The notes under the pieces are model-generated. The model was not told the DNA's origin and ran no database searches. It saw only the letters and a program-made list of their open reading frames with translations. Both the position numbers and the translations under genes were made by a program. A stretch of DNA of 64,000 bases from an uncultured Holophagales bacterium (GTDB taxonomy: Bacteria > Acidobacteriota > Thermoanaerobaculia > Multivoradales > UBA5704), in NCBI GenBank assembly GCA_963842525.1, contig CAWJGT010000025.1, positions 288,001-352,000 of the forward strand, given 5' to 3'. Shown here in pieces: positions 18,148 to 28,055 of the stretch; position 1 is the first letter of the stretch, and each line of letters starts with the position of its first letter.

Positions 18148-21100
18148 CTACCGCCCTCCCGCCGCGCCCGCCGTGGCAGATGTGGTGGTGTCCATTCCCC
18201 CGGCCGGGTTGGCCAGGGCCGGAGGCCGCCGGAGGCCGCCGGAGATGCTCCAGATGTAGTCGCGCAACGCTCCGGCGACCTTGTCGGGGTCCGCCAGATA
18301 GGCCTTCAGCTCCGCCTCCGACGCGAAGTGCTGCAGCATCTGCGCCTTCTGCGCGGCGTAGGTCGGCGCGTCGATGCCCATGGCGAACGGCGACGAATAC
18401 GTGCCGTCCTCCGACTTCTGGAAGAAGTTGGGCATCCGGGTGCCGGGGATCCACTTCTGCGGGTCCTTGATCCAGTCCGGGACCCAGTCGTGGCGCAGGC
18501 GGTCGTCGGCGAGCAGCAGCGACGGCGCAAGCTCGGCCGTCGAGGCCGCCGCCCCGGCCGTGGTCGGACCCGACGGATGGCAGCGGGCGCACTGGGAGAT
18601 GCCGAAGACCACACCGCCCACGGCCAGGTCGCGCGCCTGGACCGTGATCGACCGCGAGAGGAAGGGCGGGCGCTCCTCGCGCGCGGTGAAATAGGAGATC
18701 ACCGTGTTGGCCTGCGCGTCGGTGAAGCCGAAGGTGGGCATGCGCGCCGTGAGCCACGGCCGCATCTGCACCTGGCCGGGATCGTGGAGGTAGCTGAACA
18801 GCCAGTCGGCCTGGACGCGCGCGCCCTCGGCGGCCAGGTTCGGCGGCAGCAGCGCCGGGTCCTGGATCACCTGCTGGATCGCGTGCCCCTGCCCTTCGAT
18901 CAGGTGGCAGCCCTGGCAGTTGAAACGGGTGATGAGCTTGCGCCCCTCGGCCAGGGCGGCGCTGCGGCTGTCCTGCGCCGCCTTCCGGGAAGCCTGGGCC
19001 GTCTCCCTGGTGAAGCCGACGATGTTGGCCGCGACCGCCCGCGCCTCGCGCTCCGAGGCCGCGAAGTCGGGCATCTTGAGCAGCTCGTTGTAGTCCTTGG
19101 TCGGCTCCTTGTCCTTGTCCCAGATGCGCGGCGTCTTGACCTTGGTGAGGACCCAGTCGTGCCGCGTGTGCGGGACGTCGTGGACGTGCCCGAAGTCGAA
19201 CTGGTGGAGCGGCTTCGAACCTTCCTGCGTCAGCTCCGTGCCGATCGGCTTGAGGCTCTCGAACCCGGCGATGTCGTGGCAGCCGTAGCAGCCATACTTG
19301 GCGATCGTCTGCTCGCCGAGATAGACGCTGCGGTCCGTCTCCGACATCGCGGCGAGCTTCGCGCCGGCGCGGTCGACCGTATAGACGTTGCGCAGATAGC
19401 CTAGCGCCAGCTCGTCGCGCACCTTCGGATCGATCGCCGGCAGGCGAACGTTCTCGTATTTGCCATCGCGGCTCGACAGCAGCCAGGCCGCGAGATCCGC
19501 GGCCTCCTGATCGGTCAACCGCAGGTTGGGCATGTTCGTGTCGGGGAAGTACTGCTTCGGGTCCTTGAGCCAGGCATAGAGCCAGCCGGGATGGACCTTG
19601 CTCCCCGTGCGCACCAGGTTGGGCCCGTGCAGCCGGTTGATCGTCGGGAAGAACTCGTCGCGCTTCGCCTTGGGGTCGTTGATGTGGCAGCCGGCGCAGC
19701 CGATCGTCTCGAAGAGCTGCTTGCCGCGCGCCGGATCGCCCTGCATCGGCAGCGGCCCATACGACGGCCGCTCGGACTTCGCCCAGAGATAGGACACCAT
19801 GGCCCCGATCTCGGCCTGCTGCCGCTTCTGGTTGACCGGCAGCCTGGTGTTCTCCTGGTAGAAGAAGTGGGGCATGAAGGTCGTGGGGTGGAAGTCGCGC
19901 GGCGCCTCGATCCACTTGTAGGCCCAGCCGGGATTGGTCTTGGCGGCGATGCGGGTGAGCGAGGGCCCGGCCTTGCGCAGGTTGGTGTAGGCCGGCAGGT
20001 TGATCGCGTGGCAGCCGTTGCAGCCCATATGGACGATCAGCTCGCGGCCGACGTCCTGCGTCTCGGACTCCGCGGTCCAGACGCCGCCGGCATGGCAGCT
20101 CGCGCAACCGGCCTCGCTCATGCCGGCCGGAAGGATCGGGTACTCGAGGTAGTGCTGCTCCTCCCACTCGTACTTCTTCTCCCACTCGCGCCGCTGCTCC
20201 TCGTTGCGCGGGCTGTGGCCGGCGCGGGAGAAATCGGTGGCCCGGTCGAGGCCGCCGTGGCAGACCGTGCAGCCGAACTGGGTATAGGGGTGGGGCGAGC
20301 CGTCGCCCACGAACAGGTCGAGCCGCGGATGGCTGCGGAAGGGCTGCTTCCAGTCCACTTCCTCCACCTTGCCATCCTTGCCCTGGACCTTCCGCTTCTC
20401 GAAGCCCGGACGGTTGGAAGCCACGTGGCAGGTCATGCACCGGTCGACCCGGGTGATCTCGGTGAAGTTGATGTTGTGGGTGATGCCGGGGAGGATCGCC
20501 TGCTCGATCTTGAGGCTCGGCACCAGGAAGTCCATGAGCGGGGCGTTGAGCAGGAAGTAGTCGATGCCCTTGTTCAGGCCGGCGACGCGGGTCTCGAGGC
20601 TCTCGACGCCGCTGCGCAGCGCCTTGAGCTTCTCCTCCGCCGCGGTCACCGAATGGCGCAGCTCGGCGAGCTCGGCCTCCCTGGCGGTCTGCTGGTCCGT
20701 GATCCGATCGACCTTCTCCTTGGCCTCGTCCAGATTGCGGCGGGCCTCGTCCGCCGCCTGCCGCCTCCCGGCGATCTTGCCCTCGTCGCCGGACTGGAGG
20801 GCCGTGTCGTGCTGGAAGCGCTTTTCGTCGAGGACCGCCTTGGCGCCACGCCAGCTCGCATCGGCCGTGTAGGCGTCGGCCTTCAACTGGCGGAGCTCGG
20901 CCTCGAGCTTTTCGATGCGGTCGCGATGCGACGCGAGGCCCTTCTCGGCCGCCTTGATCTCCTGGCGCAGGGCGACCAGCTCCGTCTGGCTGATCCGCTG
21001 GCGCTCCTCCTCCATCTCGCCCGCCAGCTTCTGGCGCTCCAGGCTGCGGAATTCCGACTGGTAGCGCTTCCACGGCTGGGCATAGTCGGCGACGACCATC

Positions 21101-21213
21101 CACAGGGTGATCGCCAGGAGCCCCAGCGAGCTCAGGGCGAACACCATGTTCATCCGACCGAAGTTGTAATGCCGGTCCGGTTTTTTCTCGGGCGGTGTGA
21201 TCGGTGGAGTCAC
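18148..21213 (-). CDS. Membrane-anchored octaheme cytochrome c
   Basis: Eight CxxCH (CMTCH, CTVCH, CASCH, CNGCH, CAGCH, CYGCH, CQGCH, CARCH); N-terminal TM then long coiled-coil. Confidence 0.9.
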   Translation of the reverse strand: MTPPITPPEKKPDRHYNFGRMNMVFALSSLGLLAITLWMVVADYAQPWKRYQSEFRSLERQKLAGEMEEERQRISQTELVALRQEIKAAEKGLASHRDRIEKLEAELRQLKADAYTADASWRGAKAVLDEKRFQHDTALQSGDEGKIAGRRQAADEARRNLDEAKEKVDRITDQQTAREAELAELRHSVTAAEEKLKALRSGVESLETRVAGLNKGIDYFLLNAPLMDFLVPSLKIEQAILPGITHNINFTEITRVDRCMTCHVASNRPGFEKRKVQGKDGKVEEVDWKQPFRSHPRLDLFVGDGSPHPYTQFGCTVCHGGLDRATDFSRAGHSPRNEEQRREWEKKYEWEEQHYLEYPILPAGMSEAGCASCHAGGVWTAESETQDVGRELIVHMGCNGCHAINLPAYTNLRKAGPSLTRIAAKTNPGWAYKWIEAPRDFHPTTFMPHFFYQENTRLPVNQKRQQAEIGAMVSYLWAKSERPSYGPLPMQGDPARGKQLFETIGCAGCHINDPKAKRDEFFPTINRLHGPNLVRTGSKVHPGWLYAWLKDPKQYFPDTNMPNLRLTDQEAADLAAWLLSSRDGKYENVRLPAIDPKVRDELALGYLRNVYTVDRAGAKLAAMSETDRSVYLGEQTIAKYGCYGCHDIAGFESLKPIGTELTQEGSKPLHQFDFGHVHDVPHTRHDWVLTKVKTPRIWDKDKEPTKDYNELLKMPDFAASEREARAVAANIVGFTRETAQASRKAAQDSRSAALAEGRKLITRFNCQGCHLIEGQGHAIQQVIQDPALLPPNLAAEGARVQADWLFSYLHDPGQVQMRPWLTARMPTFGFTDAQANTVISYFTAREERPPFLSRSITVQARDLAVGGVVFGISQCARCHPSGPTTAGAAASTAELAPSLLLADDRLRHDWVPDWIKDPQKWIPGTRMPNFFQKSEDGTYSSPFAMGIDAPTYAAQKAQMLQHFASEAELKAYLADPDKVAGALRDYIWSISGGLRRPPALANPAGGMDTTTSATAGAAGGR

Positions 21214-21237
21214 TCGAGCATCTCCTGAGGGACGCGC

Positions 21238-22317
21238 CTAGATATTGAAGAAGTATTCCTGGATGTGGACGAAATACTTCAAGTTGAACAGCCAGCGGCA
21301 GTACATCTTGAGCGGCAGCAGCATCATGAAGAGGAATAGCGTGATGCCGGTGTAGTACCGCGGCGGGCCCATCCTCTCGTAGTAGCGACGGAACCGCTTC
21401 ACCCGGCGCAGCAGGATGGGCAGCGCGAAGAAATAGAACCCGACCAGGAGGATGCCCGGCAGCTCGCGGAGGAACCAGTTGCCGGGCAGGCCCGTGCCGA
21501 GGAGCTTGATCCAGAAGTACTCCGAGAGGTCGACGTTGACCAGCGCCTCGACCTTGTTCTGGTCCCAGTACTCATAGGGGCCGAAGAAGTTCCAGTTCGG
21601 GCCGCGCAGGAACGTGCCGATCACGATCATCTGGCTCCACAGGATCAGGAAGCCGAAGAGGAAGAGCGCGATCTCGAACCTGCGCTCCCGGAACGTGTAG
21701 TAGCCGTTTCCCTTGGGGTTGGTGTCGATGTAGGGGATGGCCATCAGGCCGACGATGATCAGGCCGGGGAGCACCACGCCGGCGAGCCAGGGATCGAAGT
21801 AGACGAGCATCTCCTGGAGGCCGAGGAAGTACCACGGCGCCTTCGACGGGTTCGGCGCCAGCGCCGGGTTGGCCGGCTCTTCGAGCGGCGCCCGCAAGGC
21901 GATCGACCAGACCACCATCACCACGGTCAGGATCACCATGCAGATGAACTCGGAGAAGACGAGGTCCGGCCAGGTGAAGATGCGGTCCTCGGCCTCGGTG
22001 CCCTCGTAGGTGGGGGAGCCCGCGGCGATCTGCCGGTCGTTGCGCGCCGCCTTGTACATGGCGAACCAGACGAAGAAGCCGACCAGGAACACCATCATGA
22101 CGATGGGCACGTTGTCCGGCTTGGCGACGATCTGGAAGAAGTCGGGATCGAACAGCGACAGCAGGAAGAACGCCACGCTCGCCGCGAGCAGGGCCAGACC
22201 GCCCTTCTTCGACCACAGCGACCGCGAGCGGAGCATGAGGACGAAGAGGATCACCGACAGCGTGAACGACCACGTCGGGTAGGCGAGGAAATCGATCGCA
22301 TCCTTGAGGAGCTCCAT
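21238..22317 (-). CDS. Cytochrome b6 subunit IV-like (QcrC/PetD-type) membrane subunit
   Basis: [26 protein letters not shown] (PEWY-equivalent), PYID; extra TM helices. Confidence 0.85.
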   Translation of the reverse strand: MELLKDAIDFLAYPTWSFTLSVILFVLMLRSRSLWSKKGGLALLAASVAFFLLSLFDPDFFQIVAKPDNVPIVMMVFLVGFFVWFAMYKAARNDRQIAAGSPTYEGTEAEDRIFTWPDLVFSEFICMVILTVVMVVWSIALRAPLEEPANPALAPNPSKAPWYFLGLQEMLVYFDPWLAGVVLPGLIIVGLMAIPYIDTNPKGNGYYTFRERRFEIALFLFGFLILWSQMIVIGTFLRGPNWNFFGPYEYWDQNKVEALVNVDLSEYFWIKLLGTGLPGNWFLRELPGILLVGFYFFALPILLRRVKRFRRYYERMGPPRYYTGITLFLFMMLLPLKMYCRWLFNLKYFVHIQEYFFNI

Positions 22318-22335
22318 CGTGTCTCCCGTCTTGGC

Positions 22336-23097
22336 CTACATCGGTCCCGAGATGCCGCCGTCCTTGCGGACCCGCCAGAAGTGGACGGCCATGAGGAAGG
22401 CCGCGACCAGCGGAATGCCGACGCAGTGGAGGACGTAGAAGCGCAGGAGCGTCGCACCGCCGATCGTGCGCCCGCCGATCAGGGCGAAGCGGGCGTCGCT
22501 GCCGGCGTGGATCAGCCGTGCGCCGCCGAGCTGGAGCATCGCGGCGCCGGGCCCTTCGTTGCCCAACAGCGGCGTGGCGCGGGCCATGTTCGAGCCGACC
22601 GTGATGGCCCAGATGGCGAGCTGGTCCCACGGCAGCAGATAGCCGGTGAACGAGAGGAGCAGCGTCAGCACGAGCAGGATGACGCCGACGTTCCAGTTGA
22701 ACTCGCGCGGCGGCTTGTACGAGCCGGTCATGAAGACGCGGAACATGTGCAGCCAGACCGCGATGACCATGGCGTGGGCGCCCCAGCGGTGCAGCTCGCG
22801 CATGATGCCGAAGGCGAGGGCCTCGCGCAGGTCCACGATGTCGACGAAGGCGTACTCGACCGTGGGCCGGTAATAGAACATCAGCAGCAGGCCGGTGATC
22901 GTCTCGACCAGGAACAGGAAGAAGGTCGTGCCGCCCATGCACCAGGTGTAGCTCATCCGGATGCCGGACTTCTTCACCTTGATCGGGTGCAGGTGGAGCA
23001 CCACGTTGCCCAGCATGGCGAGGGCGCGCTTGCGGTTGTCCGTCGGGATGCCCACCCGGAAGATGGACTTCCAGATCTGGGTCTTCGTGATGTTCAT
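22336..23097 (-). CDS. qcrB: Cytochrome b6-type subunit (N-terminal cytochrome b)
   Basis: [53 protein letters not shown]. Confidence 0.9.
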   Translation of the reverse strand: MNITKTQIWKSIFRVGIPTDNRKRALAMLGNVVLHLHPIKVKKSGIRMSYTWCMGGTTFFLFLVETITGLLLMFYYRPTVEYAFVDIVDLREALAFGIMRELHRWGAHAMVIAVWLHMFRVFMTGSYKPPREFNWNVGVILLVLTLLLSFTGYLLPWDQLAIWAITVGSNMARATPLLGNEGPGAAMLQLGGARLIHAGSDARFALIGGRTIGGATLLRFYVLHCVGIPLVAAFLMAVHFWRVRKDGGISGPM

Positions 23098-23110
23098 ATG
23101 CCTCTCTGGC

Positions 23111-23737
23111 TCAGGCCGGGATGAAGGAATTGGGGTCGGTCCACTGACCCAGCTCGTATTGGAACTTCTGCGATTTGTCGACGACGACCTGGCCGTCGTC
23201 GGGGCTGATGAAGATGCGCGCCCTTTCGAGCGGCCGGGGGGTCGGCCCCTCGAAGTTGACGCCCGTTTTGTAATAGCCGCTGCCGTGGCAGGGGCACTTG
23301 AACTTGTTCTGCGTCTCGAGCCACGCCGGCGGACAGCCGAGGTGGGTGCAGATCGCGATCAGGGCGTAGATCTGGCCGCCGTTGTTCACCACCCAGACGC
23401 CGTACTTGTCGACGAGGCGGGTGTCGACCACGCCGGGCTGGAAGTCCTCGGGCGGGCCGGCCTTGAACATGGTGGGCGGCTCGAAGAGGACGTTGGGCAC
23501 CATGAACCGCCCCATGGCCGTCACGCAGCCGCCGATGGCGGCGGTGAAGCCGACCCAGGCGACCGCGGCCCAGGAGAAGAACCCGCGCCGGGTCATGTCC
23601 CCCCCGGCCGGCTTCGCAGCGGGCCTGGCCGCCGCTGGTTTTGCTGCAACGGGGACAGCCGGCTTCGCGGCCGCCGGTGTTGCCTCCGGCCCTGCTGTAT
23701 CCGCAGCAGCGGGGCTGTCCTTGGTCTCATCAGCCAT
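23111..23737 (-). CDS. qcrA: Rieske iron-sulfur subunit
   Basis: Tat motif TRRGFF; CTHLGC and CPCHGS; GPTPRPL. Confidence 0.92.
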   Translation of the reverse strand: MADETKDSPAAADTAGPEATPAAAKPAVPVAAKPAAARPAAKPAGGDMTRRGFFSWAAVAWVGFTAAIGGCVTAMGRFMVPNVLFEPPTMFKAGPPEDFQPGVVDTRLVDKYGVWVVNNGGQIYALIAICTHLGCPPAWLETQNKFKCPCHGSGYYKTGVNFEGPTPRPLERARIFISPDDGQVVVDKSQKFQYELGQWTDPNSFIPA

Positions 23738-23877
23738 GTGGCCCCTTTCCAGCGCCGTAAACGGTTGAATCCGGGCTCCCTGCGCGACCTTGCTTACTTC
23801 CCGCTTCTTGTCGACGTCTCTCCTGCGCCTTGCCGGTTTTACGGGTACCTCTTTCTAGCGGAACGGGTCGAGAGGTG

Positions 23878-24771
23878 TCAAGGGGTGGCCCTCCCGGCCT
23901 CGATCGCGGCCTGGCGCACCTTGAGGCTGGGGTCGTGCTCGGCGATCCGCGCGAAGGCGGCGCGGTGCTCGGGGCCGCCTACCCGGGCGAGGGCCTGGAG
24001 GGCGCTGATCATGGCGTCCTCCTGCTGCTCGTGGGTGATGTCGGGCACCTGAGCGAGGAGGCCGCGGTCGACCATGGTCTCGAGCACGGGCACGCCAGCG
24101 TCGCTGCCCAGCCGGGCGAGGGACAGGGCGGCGTTCCACCGCACGTCCGCCGCGGCATCGTCCAGCCGTTCGACGAGCGCCGGGACGGCGCTCCGGTCGC
24201 CGATCTCGCCGAGGGCGTAGGCAGCGATCTTCCGGATCCCGGGATCGGGGTCGGCCAGGGCCTTGACGAGGGGTTCGCGCGCCCGCTTGTCACCGAGCGT
24301 GCCGAGGGCCCAGAGGATGTAGATGCGGTTCTTGGCGTCGGGATCGTCGAGCGCCTGGACGAGGAGGGGGAGGGCCTCCGCGTCGTGCGTGCGACCGAGC
24401 ACGAGAGCGAGGTACTGGCGCATCTCGGGCTGCTCGGCGCGCTGGAAGAGGTCGCGCACACGGGCCCGCGCCCCCGGCTCCTTGTCGAGCGCCGCGGGAT
24501 CGGCGACCAAAATCTTGGACAGCTCGTAGGCGGCCTGGACCCGCCGCGGCGCATACCACGACTCCAGCTCGTTCAGGTAGTCCGATGTCGTCTGCCGGTC
24601 ATAGGCGATCCACCCGAAGCCGATGAACACCGCCACGCACAGCAGGATGACCAGCAGGGGGACGACGAACAGCCCGAGGAACGACCGCAGCGCCGAGCTG
24701 CCGCCGGTCTCTTGCTGGATCTCGGGCGCTTCCGGGGTTCCAGGGGGCTGGGGGGATTCGGGTTCGGACAT
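23878..24771 (-). CDS. Membrane-anchored HEAT-repeat protein
   Basis: N-terminal TM; repeated L..AL.DPD..(V/I)R..AA.ALG units. Confidence 0.85.
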   Translation of the reverse strand: MSEPESPQPPGTPEAPEIQQETGGSSALRSFLGLFVVPLLVILLCVAVFIGFGWIAYDRQTTSDYLNELESWYAPRRVQAAYELSKILVADPAALDKEPGARARVRDLFQRAEQPEMRQYLALVLGRTHDAEALPLLVQALDDPDAKNRIYILWALGTLGDKRAREPLVKALADPDPGIRKIAAYALGEIGDRSAVPALVERLDDAAADVRWNAALSLARLGSDAGVPVLETMVDRGLLAQVPDITHEQQEDAMISALQALARVGGPEHRAAFARIAEHDPSLKVRQAAIEAGRATP

Positions 24772-24843
24772 CGGCCGGGAAGCATAGCCGAACCAGGAGG
24801 GGGGCGCCAGGGAGGGACCGCGTGCGGCGGCTCGGTCACGGCA

Positions 24844-26967
24844 TCACTTGAGATACCCCAGGGCCCGCAGCTTGGTGATGTGGTTCCACTCCAGGTAGGT
24901 GGCGCCCAGGGCCTCGTCGCCGGGGACGAAGCGGGAGCGGGCCTTGCGCCTCTCCGCCAGCTCCCGCTGTCCGACGGCGCGCAGGGTGGCGACGAGGTCG
25001 GGCCGGCTCGCGGCCAGATTCCTCGTCTCCCCGGGGTCGCGCGCCAGGTCGTAGAGCTCCACGATGCGGGACGGGTCTTCCAGGACGACGAGCTTCCACG
25101 GGCCGCGGCGGATCGACCAGCGCGGGGCGCCGTGCAGGATGAATCCGGCGAGCAGGTTCGGCCGGGAGGTGGGAGGTGAGCCGTCGAGGCGCGGCGCGAG
25201 GTCCGTCCCCTGGCTCGGCGGCGGCTGGACGCCCACCAGGCCGAGCAGGGTCGGGAAGAGGTCGGGGAGCTGGGCCGGCCCGCGCACCACCGCCGGCCCG
25301 CGGCCGGGCACCCGTAGAAGGGCCGGCACGTGCACGAGCTCCTGGTAGAGGGTGTGGCCGTGGTCGGCGTTCGGCTCGTAGCCCATGGCCCGCTCCGCCT
25401 CCAGGCGGGTCCAGAATTCCTCGCCGTGATCGCTCACCACGGCCACCACGGTGTCATCGTCCAGGCCCAGGTCCCGGAGGCCGTCCAGGAAACGGCCCAC
25501 CTGGCGGTCGGTGTAGGCGACCTCAGCGCGGTAGAGCGCCTCGTGCCAGCGGCGGTCCTCGGGGGGCGGGATCGGCAGCTCGGGCCGGCGGTCCGCCTTG
25601 CAACCGAGACGGCCCCGGTAGCCCGGAAGGATGCGGCGTGCCACCCGCTCGCAGTCTCCGGCCGGCGGCTCGTACGGGTTGTGCGGGTCGAAGAGGTGGA
25701 GATAGAGGAAGAAACGGCGGTCCGGCGCGACGCGGCGCAGGTCGGCGAGGGCGCGGTCGACCAGGACCCCGGCCCGCTCCTCGATCGAGGTGTACTCGTC
25801 GAACCCCTGCTGCAGGCCAAAAGCCGGGTTGACGTAGATGTTGTGGTAGACCCCCAGGTTGTAGAACCCGGCATCGCGCAGCACCTCGGCCATCGTCAGC
25901 GCCCCCCCGGTCAGGCCGGAGGGCGCGAACTCGCCGCTGCGGATGCCGGCGCCGTGCGTCTGCGGCTGGAGGCCGGTCATCAGGGAGGAGACGCTGGGGA
26001 GCGTCCAGGGCGAGGGGGCGAGCATCTCCTCGAAGCGGACCGCCTCGCGGGCCAGCCCGTCGAGGCGCGGCGTGAGCCCCTCCCGGTTTCCATAGACGCC
26101 CAACAGGTCGGCCCGGAGGGTGTCGATCAGCACCACGACCAGGTTCTTCCCCTGCGGGCGGCCGGGAGTCACGACCACCGGATCGCCCCAGAGAGCGGCC
26201 CCCTCGGGCAGGGTCCGGCCGCGGCGCGAGGCCTCGACCTCCAGGGAGAGCCAACCGCCGCCGGACGGCAGGACCTTGCGGACCGGGTGCCACTGCTGGC
26301 CCTTGCCGGTCCCCTCGATCACCCGCTCCAGCCAGAGCGTCCTGCGGCCCCCGTCCTGGTGCCAGGCACGGAACACGGCCCGGACGCCCGGATGGTCGTG
26401 CTCCGGGATCAGGCCGAGGTGCGCCTCCAGGATCGAGCCGCGCGGCAGGTCGCGGGGAAGGGGGATGTCCATGCGCGAGAGGCCGGCCAGCGACGGGCGG
26501 GTCGTGCCGCCGAGCGACATCGAGCGGTACGGTTCGGTAGGAGGGTCGCCGGAGAGCTCGAGCAGCTCTAGCGTCCCGCGGTCCACGGCCAGGCGCAGGA
26601 CCTCGATCCGCCCCGACCAGTACGGCTCCCGCTGGAGGTCGATCTCGTAGGTGTGCTCCTGGCCGTCCGGGACCAGCGGGAAGCTCAGGGTGCGGAAGGC
26701 CGGAAAGCCGCGGTCCCAGTCGAGCTTCCAGGAGAGCGTCGCGAGCCGGGCATCCCCCCGTGCCCGCAGCCGCAGCCGGGCCACGAGAGCGGCCGTCAGG
26801 CGCGGCTTGACGCGATAGGGGAGCGCCGCCGAGGCCTTGCCCCTGGGCAGGGACACCATCTCGGCGCTCCCGACGTCCAGCAGCGATCCCAGACGGACCA
26901 GCCGCCGGGGGGAGCCGTCGCAGGCGAGGAGGACGAGGAGGCCGATGAAGAGGATGGGCTTCTTCAC
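24844..26967 (-). CDS. Sulfatase-like (alkaline phosphatase superfamily) lipoprotein
   Basis: LLAC lipobox; IDTLRAD, SPWTLPS..SLMTG, DPH.PY, SDHGEEF, HG, ELYDL..DPGE, LRALGY; GTG overlaps mnmA stop. Confidence 0.85.
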   Translation of the reverse strand: MKKPILFIGLLVLLACDGSPRRLVRLGSLLDVGSAEMVSLPRGKASAALPYRVKPRLTAALVARLRLRARGDARLATLSWKLDWDRGFPAFRTLSFPLVPDGQEHTYEIDLQREPYWSGRIEVLRLAVDRGTLELLELSGDPPTEPYRSMSLGGTTRPSLAGLSRMDIPLPRDLPRGSILEAHLGLIPEHDHPGVRAVFRAWHQDGGRRTLWLERVIEGTGKGQQWHPVRKVLPSGGGWLSLEVEASRRGRTLPEGAALWGDPVVVTPGRPQGKNLVVVLIDTLRADLLGVYGNREGLTPRLDGLAREAVRFEEMLAPSPWTLPSVSSLMTGLQPQTHGAGIRSGEFAPSGLTGGALTMAEVLRDAGFYNLGVYHNIYVNPAFGLQQGFDEYTSIEERAGVLVDRALADLRRVAPDRRFFLYLHLFDPHNPYEPPAGDCERVARRILPGYRGRLGCKADRRPELPIPPPEDRRWHEALYRAEVAYTDRQVGRFLDGLRDLGLDDDTVVAVVSDHGEEFWTRLEAERAMGYEPNADHGHTLYQELVHVPALLRVPGRGPAVVRGPAQLPDLFPTLLGLVGVQPPPSQGTDLAPRLDGSPPTSRPNLLAGFILHGAPRWSIRRGPWKLVVLEDPSRIVELYDLARDPGETRNLAASRPDLVATLRAVGQRELAERRKARSRFVPGDEALGATYLEWNHITKLRALGYLK

Positions 26968-28055
26968 ATCCGCCCCTGGATCCAGCAGCCGCCCAGGACT
27001 CTCGTCCCGCGATAGAAGACGGCGGCTTGACCCGGGGTGATACCCCGCTGCGGCGCGGCGAATTCGACCGCCGCCCGGCCCTCGCCCAACGCCCGGATGC
27101 GGGCAGCCACCCCGGGGTGCCGGGACCGGATGCGGACCACCGCCTCGACGTCCCCTTCCGGCGCCGGACCGATCCAGTGGAGGCGTTCGCCCACGAGGCC
27201 GGGCGCCAGCAGCTCCTCGGCCGCGCCCACCACGACCCGGTTCTCCTCCGGCTCGATGGCGAGGACGAAGAGCGGGCTCTTCGCCGCCAGGCCGAGGCCG
27301 CGGCGCTGCCCCACGGTGTAGCGGTAGTAGGGCTGGCCTGCGCCGAGCTCGCGGCCCGCCGGGTCGACCAGCCGCGCCGGGGCGGCCGGGGCCGCGCCCG
27401 CGAAGCGGTCCGGATGCTCGGCGACCTGTGCTTCGACGAACTCGCGGATCCCGCCGGAGACGAAGCAGACCTCCATGCTCTCGCCCTTCTCCGCCACCAC
27501 CAGCCCGGCCTGGCGGGCGATCTCCCGCACCTCCGGCTTGGTCATGCCGCCCAACGGGAAAAGGCTCGCCGCGAGCTGCTCTTGGCTCAGCTCGAAGAGG
27601 TAGTAGCTCTGGTCCTTGTCCTCGTCGAGGGCGGTGTGGAGCTCGGGCCCGTCGGGGCCCTCCACGATCCGCGCATAGTGCCCGGTGGCGATGCGCTCCG
27701 CCCCCAGCGACCGCGCCTTCTCGAGCAGCAGGTCGAACTTGATCCAGGTGTTGCAGCGCACGCAGGGACTGGGCGTACGGCCGGCCAGGTAGTCCTGCAC
27801 GAAAGGATCGACCACCTGCCGGCGGAACTCCTCGTCCATGCGCAGGGTGTAGTGCGGGATGCCCGCCTGCTGCGCCACCCGCTTCGCGTCGCCCAGGTCG
27901 AGCGCGCCGCAGCAGCGGCCGTGGGCCTCCTCCTCCGAGCGGTCCCAAAGGAGCATGGAGAGGCCGACCACCGGCCCCCCGCCGCGCGCCAGGAGCCAGG
28001 CGGTAACCGACGAGTCGAGGCCGCCGCTCATGGCGACCGCCGTCAAGCCGCTCAT
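26964..28055 (-). CDS. mnmA: tRNA 2-thiouridylase MnmA
   Basis: AMSGGLDSS, TPSPCVRCN..IKF, ATGHYA, KDQSY, YTVGQRRGLG, TPGQAAVFY. Confidence 0.95.
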   Translation of the reverse strand: MSGLTAVAMSGGLDSSVTAWLLARGGGPVVGLSMLLWDRSEEEAHGRCCGALDLGDAKRVAQQAGIPHYTLRMDEEFRRQVVDPFVQDYLAGRTPSPCVRCNTWIKFDLLLEKARSLGAERIATGHYARIVEGPDGPELHTALDEDKDQSYYLFELSQEQLAASLFPLGGMTKPEVREIARQAGLVVAEKGESMEVCFVSGGIREFVEAQVAEHPDRFAGAAPAAPARLVDPAGRELGAGQPYYRYTVGQRRGLGLAAKSPLFVLAIEPEENRVVVGAAEELLAPGLVGERLHWIGPAPEGDVEAVVRIRSRHPGVAARIRALGEGRAAVEFAAPQRGITPGQAAVFYRGTRVLGGCWIQGRM

